Shown here in pieces: positions 24,784 through 36,171 of a stretch of 64,000 nt of DNA. Each line of letters starts with the position of its first letter. The stretch's first letter is position 1. Both the position numbers and the translations under genes were made by a program. The notes beneath the pieces were generated by a model, which was given only the letters and a program-made list of their open reading frames with translations, ran no database searches and was not told where the DNA came from. The stretch spans positions 23,188,001 through 23,252,000 of the forward strand of contig OX597840.1 of NCBI GenBank assembly GCA_951406725.2, in the 5' to 3' direction. The stretch is from Octopus vulgaris. Its lineage: Eukaryota.

Positions 24784-25572
24784 ATGTCAGAAGAATTAGG
24801 AAAATCACCATATGACTGTGACATCTGTGAAGAATAATTCTTTGAAGAAAGTAAATTCAATCAACACAAACAAATTCATACAGGGGAACAACCATATCCC
24901 TGTGATATCCGTGGTAAATCATTCTTAAATGGCAGTCATTTAACTCAGCACAAACGTATTCATACAGGGGAGAAACCATTTCCTTGTGATATATGTGGTA
25001 AATCTTTCCCTGAAAACTGTAACTTAACTAAACACAAGCGTATTCATACAGGGGAGAAACCATTTCACTCTGATATCTCTGGTGAATCATTCTCTCATAG
25101 CTTAGATATTCACAAACAAATCCATACAGGAGACAAAGAATACCACTGTGATATCTGTGGCAAATCATTCAGTCAGGCAGTTTACTTAACCAGACACAAG
25201 CGTATTCATACAGGTGAGCAACCATATCGCTGTGATATCTGTGGCAAATCATTCAGTCAGGCAGTTTACTTAACCAGACACAAGCGTATTCATACAGGTG
25301 AGCAACCATATCGCTGTGATATCTGTGGTAAATCATTCAGTCAGACAGCTAACTTAACGACACACAAACGTGTTCATACAGGTGAGCAACCATATCACTG
25401 CGATATCTGTGGCAAGTCGTTTTCTAAAAAGGGTATCTTAAGTACACACATACTTACTCATACTGGGCTAAAACCATATCATTGTGATATCTGCAGTAAA
25501 TCATTCACACAAAAACATCACTTAATTAGACACAAGTGTATTTGTTATGCAAAGGACCCAATTGTTGTATAA
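24784..25572 (+). pseudogene. C2H2 ZNF pseudogene (absent from the ORF track)
   Basis: ATG TCA GAA GAA TTA GGA at 24784; TAA at codon 18 (24835-24837); frame then stays open to 25572, but Cys is lost in fingers 2 (CDIR) and 4 (SDIS) and there is a 6-nt deletion. Confidence 0.88.
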
Positions 25573-26380
25573 CATTCCTTCAGAAGGACAAGCTTGTTCC
25601 TCAGGAAAATCTCTACACGTGATTGAAACCATATTATAAAGACATCCACAGAATATAGAAACTATATGAATGTGACATCTATAGTAAATCTTTGACATGA
25701 AATCATCCATTATTGAATCAAAAGAGCATTGACAGAGGAAGGAAAACATATCACTGTGATGTTAAACCTGAATCATTCTTTCAAAATGGGGAATTGTTTG
25801 TACACAGTCCTATTAATATGAAAGATATAACTGTAACCTAAGCTATTCGTGCTAAATCAATCTATGAAAATGTAGATGCATTCATACAAAAGAGGAACCA
25901 CGATGATGATGATCCTCATCATTTAACATTCTCCTATTCATGCTTCTGTGGATGAGATGGAATTCATTGATGGCGATTTTCTACATCTGGGTACCTTTCT
26001 TGTGACCAATCCTCACCTGTTTCCAAGCAAGGAAATATTTTCCCTGGTGAGACATATTTTACACAGAAGACTGGAAATGAACAACTGCACAAGTATGACG
26101 GTCATGATGGCCATGTACGAACATCACATAATATCTGGACAAGGGTACACATCCACACACACACACACACATGTATGTTCAAAGATTTTCTTATAGGAAA
26201 TCTTTTACAGTTTTAATCTACATCTAAATGTTTGTAATTCCTATTAGGAAATGAAACACATGTAATGCTGAATAAATAATATCAAACTTTTTCTCCACTC
26301 TCCTTATGTGATAGGTAATTATCTTGCAAAAAATATTATCAAAACCTCCCACAAAAATAATACACACACACATACACATA

Positions 26381-26680
26381 TCTCTTTACTCTTTTACTTG
26401 TTTCAGTCATTTGATTGTGGTCATGCTGGAGCACTGCCTTTAGTCAAGCAAATCGACCTCAGGACTTTACTTTTAAGCCTAATACTTATTCTATCGGTCT
26501 CTTTTGCAGAACCGCTAAGTTACGGGGACATAAGCACACCAGCATCAGTTGTCAAGCGATGTTTGGGGGACAATCACAGTCACACATACATATATATATG
26601 TATATATATATACATATATACAACCCGCTTCGTTTTAGTTTCCATCTACCAAATCCACTCACAAGGCTTTGGTCGGCCTG
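26381..26680 (-). mobile_element. tRNA-SINE body (same family as 9011-10770), head missing
   Basis: TTTTACTTGTTTCAGTCATTTGA...CCAAATCCACTCACAAGGCTTTGGTCGGCC. Confidence 0.8.
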
Positions 26681-26718
26681 ACACACAAGCTGGTTATCAT
26701 ATATATATATGTATGTAT

Positions 26719-27835
26719 AGATCAGGCAATGAAGGTCACAGAATCGGTCATAGCCCAACTAATTAGGGAGTCAGTTTACAGGAGATTCAGTTTGGGTTTG
26801 TGCCAGGGAAAAGCACCACTGATGCTATATTTCTGGTAAGACAGCTGCAGCAGAACTACCTAGCAAAAGATGAACCTCTGTACCTGGCTTTCATTGACAT
26901 GGAGAAAGCCTTTGACAGGGTCCCCTGATCCCTTATCTGGTTGTCAATGAGGAAACTAGGGATAGATGAATGGTTAGTGAGAGCTGTTTAAGCCATGTAC
27001 AGGGACACTGTCAATAAGGTGAGGGTTGGCAACGAGTACAGTGAAGAATTTCGGGGAGAGGTAGGGGTCCACCAAGGTTCAGTCTGTATCCCCCTCCTAT
27101 TTATCAGAGTCTTCCAGGCAAAAACAGAGGAATTCAAGGCAGGATATCCCTGGGCAAAGTTCAGACTACTCTTACCGCTGCTGGTGACAAAGGGCCTCTC
27201 GCTCAGAGTAAAAGTTAGATGTATGACGTGTATGAACAGCTATGCTACATGGGCCGTGACTGCTGAGGACATGCGTAAGCTCACAAGGAATGAAGCCAGT
27301 ATGATCCGATGGATGTGTAATGTCAGTGTATATACTCGACAGAGTGTAAGTACATTGAGAGAAACGTTGGACCTAAGAAGCATCAGATGTAGTGTGCAAG
27401 AGTGACAACTGAGCAGGTATGGTCATGTGGCAAGAATGGATGAGGATAGCTGTGTGAAAAAGTGCCACACCCTAGCGGTTGAGGGAACCTGTGGCAGAGG
27501 TAAACCCAGGAAGACCTGGGATGAAGTGGTGAAGCATGACCTTCGAATATTAGGCCTCATCAAGACAATGACTAGTGACCGAGACTTTTGGAAATATAAT
27601 GTGCTTGAGAAGACCTGGCAAGCCAAATGAGACCATAACCTCATGGCCTATGCTAGTGGTGTAACCAGCTCACTTATGCGTAGCTTTCCTTCGTTGGACA
27701 CTAAACTCTGCTTGTGAAGACCTGTTGAGGCAGGTGAAATCGAAATCGGTTTTGATGACTGGCATCCGTGCTAGTGGAGCGCTAAGAGCACCATCCGAGT
27801 GTGATCGTTGCCAGAGCAGCCAATCGCTTTCCATG
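26719..27835 (+). mobile_element. Internally deleted RTE LINE copy
   Basis: Collinear with 16580-17018 and 17484-18090; junction at CCTGGG near 27149-27154. Confidence 0.88.
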
Positions 27836-27914
27836 ACAACATAAAAATTATAATGATGAAGAAGAATAAGGAATATGAGGGAGGTAGGGGGGATCTTTTT
27901 ATTGGCAGTTGCTT

Positions 27915-28800
27915 TTCAATTGGAGTTAGTTCCCCTCTTTCATAGTTAATTCTTCCTAATTTTGTTTCTTCATCCTGTTTCTCACGCACCTTGATTGTTT
28001 GATCAGTTCCACTTTACAACTGATATTTAAGAGAAAATCCAATCAAATATATACAAATGATTGGTAATTAAATGTCTAAAGAAATAGATGCAGCATTTTT
28101 TTATTATGTAGACCAGCAAAATATGAAGTAACGTTCGTTGGAAAAAGGAAGAAATTCTCTTGAAGCTGTCGTTGTCCGCTCTGACTCGTTGACTCTCTCT
28201 TTATATCAATTATTATGTAAGTATTATACAAACATTTCTATTGTATTTAGTATCATATTACGTACATCTGTTTGTTTCCATGTGTTGAATAAGTTAAAAG
28301 AAAGAATCTCAATAAACAAAGACGAAATTATATGAAAGTAAGGCTGTTCTTTTAATACTTTCATTGTGTTATCCCTTCTCTTTTCGATATTTCATCGCAC
28401 TTGTGTCTACGCCTTCCGGATCGCCGTTATTTCCTATATTTCTTAATGTCAGATTAATACCTCGTTTAGATAAAATTCCTCTTTTTGACTTGTAAATTGG
28501 ACAATTTAGTTGCGGGAAAATTACGATGTAATTTGTAAGAAAAGATGGGGAATGTATAAAAGTACGATTGTGCACTTGAATTACTGAAACGAAAAGTTAA
28601 TATAGTTTACAGACGAAATGAAAGGGCTTTGAATTGAAACACTAGAAAGTACCTAATTTGACCAAAAATAAATATAAAAATCCGTTTATATAATCTTTTA
28701 CTCGAAAATTAGTAGTGAAGCTATTAAAAAAAAATATCGACACGACATATAAAATGAAGGCCAATGGCCATTGTTTAAAAGCTATCGCCTTGTGAAATTT
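27915..28800 (+). promoter_or_regulatory. Promoter/exon-1 module of ZNF 31012
   Basis: GGAGTTAGTTCCCCT at ~27922, CCAATC/GATTGG pair, donor GTAAGT at 28217; acceptor at 30600-30601. Confidence 0.7.
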
Positions 28801-31011
28801 TACAAGGTCTTTGGTTGGGGACAAGGAAAAAGTGCGTGATTTAAGGGAGATTTGGCTGTTGTTTCTAGTACGTGCAGGACCACCCTCGTTTTACTTTGAA
28901 ATGTCTATTGATGTTTTTCAATATTACGCCCCATTAAAAGTACTTACACTAAAAAGAACAAGAGAAAAATTAAAAGGCGGACCGTCACCATAACCTCATT
29001 TCGTTTTTTAGCAACCCACATTTTCAGGTAGGGAGATACCGAATGTGTAAAAAAAATTTGCCTTTCACCTCTCCAAATTCAGTTTCACTCTTTTCAGAAT
29101 CTTTTGGGGGTTTTTTTGTAAAATACGTGGAAAAATGCTGAGATTATGTTTCGTTTTGGGATTTGGTTTGCAAGATTCTTTATATGAGTTCGTGTGTTGA
29201 AGCATATTTTAGTGTGTCTGGGGGAGAGTCACTTTCTTTTTGTGCCTTATAATTTAACACACTCACCAGTAAAATTTCCCCTTATTTTCATTTTCCTAAA
29301 ATTTTCGTTGCATCTTTTAACTTTTTCATTAGACTTGATTATGATTCTGAAGCAAATTCAATTTTCAAAAATAAAAATAATATCCCCCTTCCCCCTTGCC
29401 AAAGCAGGGCATATACAGGGTGTTTTTTAGACCCTTTCCGTTATTACGCATGCGTAGATGTTTTCTATCTGTGCATTAAATCGGCTTTGAAGCAGCTTCT
29501 CCTCATGCTAGAAATAACAGCCAAATCTCCGACAAACACTACATACTTTGTAGGCAATCCTACACAATTGTACCCCATCTACTTCGTGAAATTTGTGCTC
29601 CTTATGAAACTTTATCGCATTAATTATTAAGCATTAATGTTTTGTTTCTCATAAAATGGTGTATTTTTAATTTACATTAAATTATTATTTAAGGCAAACA
29701 CAACCCGCAAATTCTTGTCAATTTAATGTTCTTGTATTTAATTTCGATTTGCATATGTTCGTCAGTTCGCTACGTTCTCTCTAAAGGAAATAAAATCAAA
29801 AATTTAAATTGGTGGGGATGAAATTATTTTAATTTTATTATTATTATTATTATTATTTATTTTGTGTATTCGTAATTTCCGACATCTACAACGTAGGAAT
29901 TCGCGAAAATTTTTTCGAAATAATGCATTTTTCAACGAGTGGTTCCAAACTGCATTAGCCCCGTTTCAGGATCTAGTTTAGCACAGAGTCACCAAAACGA
30001 GTTTTAAAAAAAAATCTACCTGGAAAAAACACGGAGATTAAGAATATGGGGGAACAAAAACAAATTTTAATTTAAAATGGAAAACTCCAAACTTGATCCC
30101 CCTCTCTTCCTCGCCACCCAATCCTTGTTTTGTCCGATTCTGAAGGCATAGATTTATAGTGAAACAGCAAAAGGATCACGGAATGTGAAGCCCTCATCAC
30201 GAAACTCGATATACATCAGAAATTCCCCAAGAAAGAGTTTGACGGTGCTAATCAGACATCAAGTATTCGTTCTTTACTGAATTTTCTTCGTGTTTAATGT
30301 TCCACAAAATATTGACAGTAAACTTCCCATATCCAAACCTGTGTTGATGTGATAGAAGACTGAAATGAAAACATCAGATGTCTAGCATCACTAACATGTA
30401 TATTGTTGTGTGTGTGTGTCTGGGAGTTGTTATTATAATACATGTGTCCACTCTATGATAGAAACTTCTTAAAAATGGTGAGATCGGATAAGTTTAATAC
30501 TTCTACAATTTAGCAAAATAGAAGGGTTATAAATTTGCACTTTTGAATATCTACCTTTTAAACATACTTGATGTCTTATATTATTTTTTCTATTCTTTCA
30601 GAAAAATCACATGAAATTGGCTAAAAAGTATTTTTTACTTTTAAAGAATCATCAATATGAATCATGTTTGAAAGACTCTGCAAAGATATTCTACAAACAT
30701 ATAATCCTGCTTCAAGAAAACATTGCTGAATTACAGTAAAATATTTCCTCTGAGAGAGAAAGCATTTCTTTACTTCTGTGTCTGAAATGTGCAAGAGATA
30801 ATTTTCTCTTTTAAATATACTTTGATAGATTTCCAAAGACTATTTGCAACATTTTTAAATATTGGAAATGATCACATTTTGAAGAAATATAAGAGAAGTG
30901 ATATTTGTTTGGAATAAAGTATAAAAGCAAAAAGTGATGAGAGGAGAAATATTTTTGAAAGGCTATTGATAAGGTAAAACATAAAGGATTGATTTTATTT
31001 TTCCTGAAAAG

Positions 31012-32385
31012 ATGTCGGAAGAAGCCTCAAAGTCATCATATTACTGTGACATCTGTGGTAAATCTTTCTCTGGTACCACAAGATTAACTACACACAAACG
31101 TATTCATACAGGGGAGAAACCATATCAATGTGATATCTGTGGTAAATCATTCATTGAGGGCAGTAACTTAACTAGACACAAACGCATTCATACAGGTGAG
31201 GAACCGTATCATTGTGATGTGTGTGGTAAATCATTCTCTGCGCGCAGTAACTTAACTACTCACAAGCGTGTTCATACAGGGGAGAAACCATACCCCTGTG
31301 ATATCTGTGGTAAATCTTTCTCTGTTGGCAGTAGCTTAAATACACACAAACGTGTTCATACAGGGGAGAAGCCATACCCCTGTGATATCTGTGGTAAATC
31401 ATTTTCTGATGGCAGCAGCTTATATAAACACAAACGCATTCATACTGGGGAGAAACCATTTCACTGTGATATCTGTGGTAAATCTTTCTCTCGTACTCAT
31501 AGCTTAGATATTCACAAACATAGCCATACAGGTGACAAGAAATACCACTGTGATATCTGTGGTAAATCATTCTCTGCTGGCAGTAGCCTAAATACACACA
31601 AACTCATTCATACAGGGGAGAAACCTTATCATTGTGATATCTGTGGCAAATCATTCTCCATTGGCAGTAACTTGACTGCACACAAACTCATTCATACAGG
31701 CGAGAAACCATATCATTGTGATATTTGTGGTAAATCATTCTCTGATGGCAGTAACTTGACTAAACACAAACGTATTCATACAGGGGAGAAACCATATCAC
31801 TGTGATATCTGTGGTAAATCTTTCTCTCGTACTTATAGCTTAGATATTCACAAACATAGCCATACAGGAGACAAAAAATACCATTGTAGTATCTGTGGCA
31901 AATCATTTTCTGCTGGCAGTAGATTAACTACACACAAACTAATTCATACAGGTGAGAAACCACATCACTGTGATACCTGTGGTAAATCATTCTCCACTGG
32001 TAGTAATTTAACTACACACAGACGTATTCATACAGGGAAGAAACCATATCACTGTGATATCTGTGGCAAATCATTCAGTCAGACAGGTAACTTAACTACA
32101 CACAAACGTATTCATACAGGTGAGCAACCATATCACTGTGATATCTGTGGTAAATCTTTCTCTATTAGTAGTAGCTTAACTACACACATTCGTATTCATA
32201 CCGGGGAGAAACCATATCGCTGTGATATCTGTGGTAAATCATTCTCTGAAAGCAGTATCTTAACTACACACAAGCGTATTCATACTGGTGTAAAGCCATA
32301 TCATTGTGATATCTGCAGTAAATCATTCTCACAAAAACATCATTTAATTAGACACAAGTGCATTCGTTATGCAAAGGATCCGTAG
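31012..32385 (+). CDS. C2H2 zinc-finger array protein (15 fingers plus a degenerate terminal finger)
   Basis: 457-aa intact ORF with TGEKPY linkers; C-terminus [10 protein letters not shown]. Confidence 0.95.
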   Translation: MSEEASKSSYYCDICGKSFSGTTRLTTHKRIHTGEKPYQCDICGKSFIEGSNLTRHKRIHTGEEPYHCDVCGKSFSARSNLTTHKRVHTGEKPYPCDICGKSFSVGSSLNTHKRVHTGEKPYPCDICGKSFSDGSSLYKHKRIHTGEKPFHCDICGKSFSRTHSLDIHKHSHTGDKKYHCDICGKSFSAGSSLNTHKLIHTGEKPYHCDICGKSFSIGSNLTAHKLIHTGEKPYHCDICGKSFSDGSNLTKHKRIHTGEKPYHCDICGKSFSRTYSLDIHKHSHTGDKKYHCSICGKSFSAGSRLTTHKLIHTGEKPHHCDTCGKSFSTGSNLTTHRRIHTGKKPYHCDICGKSFSQTGNLTTHKRIHTGEQPYHCDICGKSFSISSSLTTHIRIHTGEKPYRCDICGKSFSESSILTTHKRIHTGVKPYHCDICSKSFSQKHHLIRHKCIRYAKDP

Positions 32386-34710
32386 CACAATGACATTTCT
32401 TGTATAATATTCCCCAAGAAAAACCTTTAGACTTGATTGAAACTATATTATGAATATGATATCTATAGTAAATCTTTCATTTCAAATGACCCATCATTGA
32501 ATCAAAAGAGCATTGACAGAGGAAGGAAAACATATCACTGTGATGTTAAACCTGAATCATTTTTTTCAAGATGGTGAATTGTTTGTACACAGTCCTGTTA
32601 ATATGAAAGATATAATCATACCTCAAGATATTTGTGTTGAATCAATCTATGAAAATGATCAATTATTAAAACATAACTGCATTCATACAGAGGAGGAACC
32701 ATATCACTACAATGATGATAATCATCATCATTTAACATTCACTTTTCCGTGCTTCTGTCCATCAGATGGAATTCTTTGATTGAGATTTTCTGCAGCTGGA
32801 TGCTTTTCCTGTCACCAATCTTCACTTGATTTCAAGCAAGGAAATATTTTCCCTGGTGAGACATATTTGAAACAGAAGACTGGAAATGAAGAACTGTATC
32901 TGTATGACTGTCACGATAGCCATTTACGAGCATCAAGTGATATCTGGTCAAAGGTACACACACATATGTATGTCTGGAGAATTTCTTATAGGAAATCTTT
33001 TACATTTTTAATCTACTTCTAAATGTTTGTGATTCCTATTAGGAAACGAAACACATGTAATGGTGAATAAATAATATCAAACTTTTCTCTGGTCTCCTCA
33101 TTTAATATGTAATTACTCTGCAAGTAATATCCAACCCTCCCACAAAAATAATACACACACACACACACAGATGTATATATAATAAGAGCTTGTTTGTTCA
33201 GTTGTTACACACTTATCATCATCTGTTTTCCCTGCTGACCAGAATAGTGGAATAAGCGTGGGAGAGAGGGAGGATTGAAGAAATGGGGGGGAAGATGTAA
33301 AGAAAGGTGATGTTATACTAATTCTGCTGGTCATTATGTTACTTAACTTGTCAGTAACACTGTTGATGTGACTAGAGAAAAAGAAGGAGAGAAATGACTG
33401 AGAATTAAGCTTGTACGATGTGTGATGAGGGGAATGTAGTAATTAGTTTATGCTTATAAAAGTCAGTTGAAGCTCATGGTATAGAGGAGAATTGAAAATA
33501 TAATTTTAGCGGATTGGTGATGTTGTGATGGTAAGATTAAAGAAAGATGGAGAGAGAGATGATGGTGGTGGTAGTATCACCTACAAATTGAAATTTGTAT
33601 TGGCTCTGACCCATCTCCTTGGCTTATAAGTTACCAATGATGTGGTTTTCAGTGTATGCCATGTTTTGTGACTCCTATATTTTACTTTACAATTTTTGTT
33701 TTCTAGAAGAAAAATTTGACCATTTCAATTTCAAAATTTAATTTTATTTGTTTATGGGGAAAATAGAAAAATAAGAGTGAATATTTATTTTATGAGAGCT
33801 GAGTGTATAAAATTGTGCATAAAATATATAAGCTATATGAAGTACATTGAGTCATTATTATATTTCAATGGGTGACTATCTTTTGATACAGACACAACAC
33901 AGGCTACACTTTCGAAGTTTTAGATAAAGTTTTCAGAAATAACCGAATAGGTTTGCTATTAATTTCATGAAATATCCAGGGATAGGAGTGGCTGTATGCA
34001 TCCCGAGGTGGCAGGAGGGATCTACGGACAAGCCGGAGGAACCCCATCCTGTTGCTGTGAAGAAGGGGAAAAAAAAAGAAAAACACTGCATCGCCAGCAG
34101 TGGCATGCCCCGAGACCCCTTTGTTGGGATGTGTGCCACCAGAGGGGGAGAAGAAGGAAACCTCGTTGGTGGGATGTGCGCCACCGAGCGAGGAAGTTGA
34201 GGCCCCTCCCGATGAATGAGTGGAAAAATTTGTTCTATTGGAGGGGAGGGGCCATTGATAATTATGTGGAAAATGTCCTTGACAGTCGGGGACTAATAGA
34301 CCCGACTTTCATTGACAGACCAGAGTGGCCTCCTCAGGTGGCTGCTCTGGTACAGGAAAGAAAGGGCTCTTTTCACATGTCAGTGCCATCTTTATGTAAG
34401 TAGTACCCACAATAATATTGATTTATGAGGAAGAATTTTCAAAGAAACGCTTTCAAAAAAATATCAAATCTATAAAGTAGAGCCGAAATTCTTAAAAGAA
34501 TAGAGTTAGTTCCCCTTGATCTTTCATCTGCGTTTTGAGAAATTAGCTGCCTTTTGTCGAGAGAGTTCGATTTTTTGCTCATCGTTGTTTGTGTTAATTG
34601 TTATTTGAACAGTGCCCGTTGTGTAACGGTAATTTTCGCCCTACGGGGCAGAAAATTCTGTGTTTAAAATTTTTATTACCTTTGAGGTAATTTTGAAACA
34701 TTTTTGAGAA

Positions 34711-36144
34711 ATGGATTTCGACTTGGCGTCGAAGAATGATTTTCCCGCGATGGGAACAAGTGAATTAAAGGACACTGAAGTAACAAAACAGTCTTTTTCG
34801 GCCGCGGTAGGCGGAACCATGATGGACGTTGAATTCAAGATCGAACAACTGTTCGAATTTAGGAACTTGGTGAAAATGGAAAGAAACGAAATCAAACTTG
34901 TACCGCCGCAAGCGAAGGTACAAGAAATAAAGGAAAAAACAGTTATATACAAAGTGTATAGCTACAAAGAAAAGAAAATTATGGACGTCAGAAACGAAAT
35001 GGTCGAAAAGTGCTTGTCCCCGGTGTGGGACAAAATTCGCCATGTCGTTCGAGGTGCTCGCAGCGCTACTGTTGAAGCACATTTTGACTCGGCTGAGGTA
35101 GCAAGAGAGGTGTCATCATTGACCCTGAAAAATGATGATATCATGTTGCTACCCTCGTATATGGGAAAAAGAACAGCTAAACTGTTGGTAGAGGACATAC
35201 CGAGAGGGTATGATATAATGTGGGTAGCAGCGGCGGTCCTGCACAATGTAGAGCGGGAAATTTCGATTCTGCAGATGAGAAGGAAAGAGGAGGTACGCTG
35301 GAAGGGACAGACGCTGGAACTCCTCGTTCAGGCAGAAAACAAGATATTGGAGAACCTGCCCGATAGGATATTTAACGAAGATGGAACGTCCATGAAAGTG
35401 TCAGTGGAGGGGCGCAGACCTAGATGTTTTAAATGTGGCGAGAAGGGTCACGTCCGCTCGAACTGCTTAAAAAAAAAGAAAACCAACGAAGCCCCTCCTC
35501 AAAGTGCTTCAAACACTGAAGGGGAGAAGGCGGAAAAAGATAACAAGACGACGACAAGCAAAGAAACAGAAACGGATTGTACCGAACAAATGGATTACAC
35601 ACAGGTGACACACAAAAGAAAAAAAGACAACACCCTGGACTCCCCTCCCCAAACAAGGAAAAAATCAGCAAGCACCGCAGACATACACACAAAGCAAATT
35701 CCCCAGCCCTACCCCCATGGCACTGTATTCATTGGGAAACAGTTCGCCAAGCCCCTCCCCATAAAACAAGATGTGAAAAAGTCTTTAAAAAAAAATGATA
35801 AGATCATTGCTTTTGATGAAAAAAACGAAAGGGTATATAAATACTATAAATTTTCAAAATTTAAACTATTTAGCAAGGCTACAGACATAAAAGCAACCAC
35901 TCGCTTCGCAAAAATAAGGGAGGACGAGTGGAAGGAGGAAGTACTGCAGGAACATCTAAAGAATAGACTGATTAGAGATGTAACAAAAGAAGTACTGGAG
36001 GGTAAACTTGTTATAACCCCGGCAACCACACCTACCCAGAGCCCGGTGGCAACGCCGGTTAAGAGCCCTGCAGCTACGACCACAAGGGAGGAAGAAGGGG
36101 AAGCGGGCAGATTTAAACTGTCATGCTCCCTTTCTCAACCGTAA
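34711..36144 (+). CDS. LINE ORF1 (gag-like, CCHC zinc knuckle)
   Basis: 477-aa open ORF containing CFKCGEKGHVRSNC, immediately upstream of ORF2. Confidence 0.88.
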   Translation: MDFDLASKNDFPAMGTSELKDTEVTKQSFSAAVGGTMMDVEFKIEQLFEFRNLVKMERNEIKLVPPQAKVQEIKEKTVIYKVYSYKEKKIMDVRNEMVEKCLSPVWDKIRHVVRGARSATVEAHFDSAEVAREVSSLTLKNDDIMLLPSYMGKRTAKLLVEDIPRGYDIMWVAAAVLHNVEREISILQMRRKEEVRWKGQTLELLVQAENKILENLPDRIFNEDGTSMKVSVEGRRPRCFKCGEKGHVRSNCLKKKKTNEAPPQSASNTEGEKAEKDNKTTTSKETETDCTEQMDYTQVTHKRKKDNTLDSPPQTRKKSASTADIHTKQIPQPYPHGTVFIGKQFAKPLPIKQDVKKSLKKNDKIIAFDEKNERVYKYYKFSKFKLFSKATDIKATTRFAKIREDEWKEEVLQEHLKNRLIRDVTKEVLEGKLVITPATTPTQSPVATPVKSPAATTTREEEGEAGRFKLSCSLSQP

Positions 36145-36171
36145 GTTCATTTATTTTTTCTCTCACCGACA

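Noticed and set aside
32513-33022. Short ORFs in the 3' module (also 13021-13498, 25948, 55184, 61451)
   Set aside because: Frames and stops differ between copies; decayed finger and SINE-derived UTR sequence
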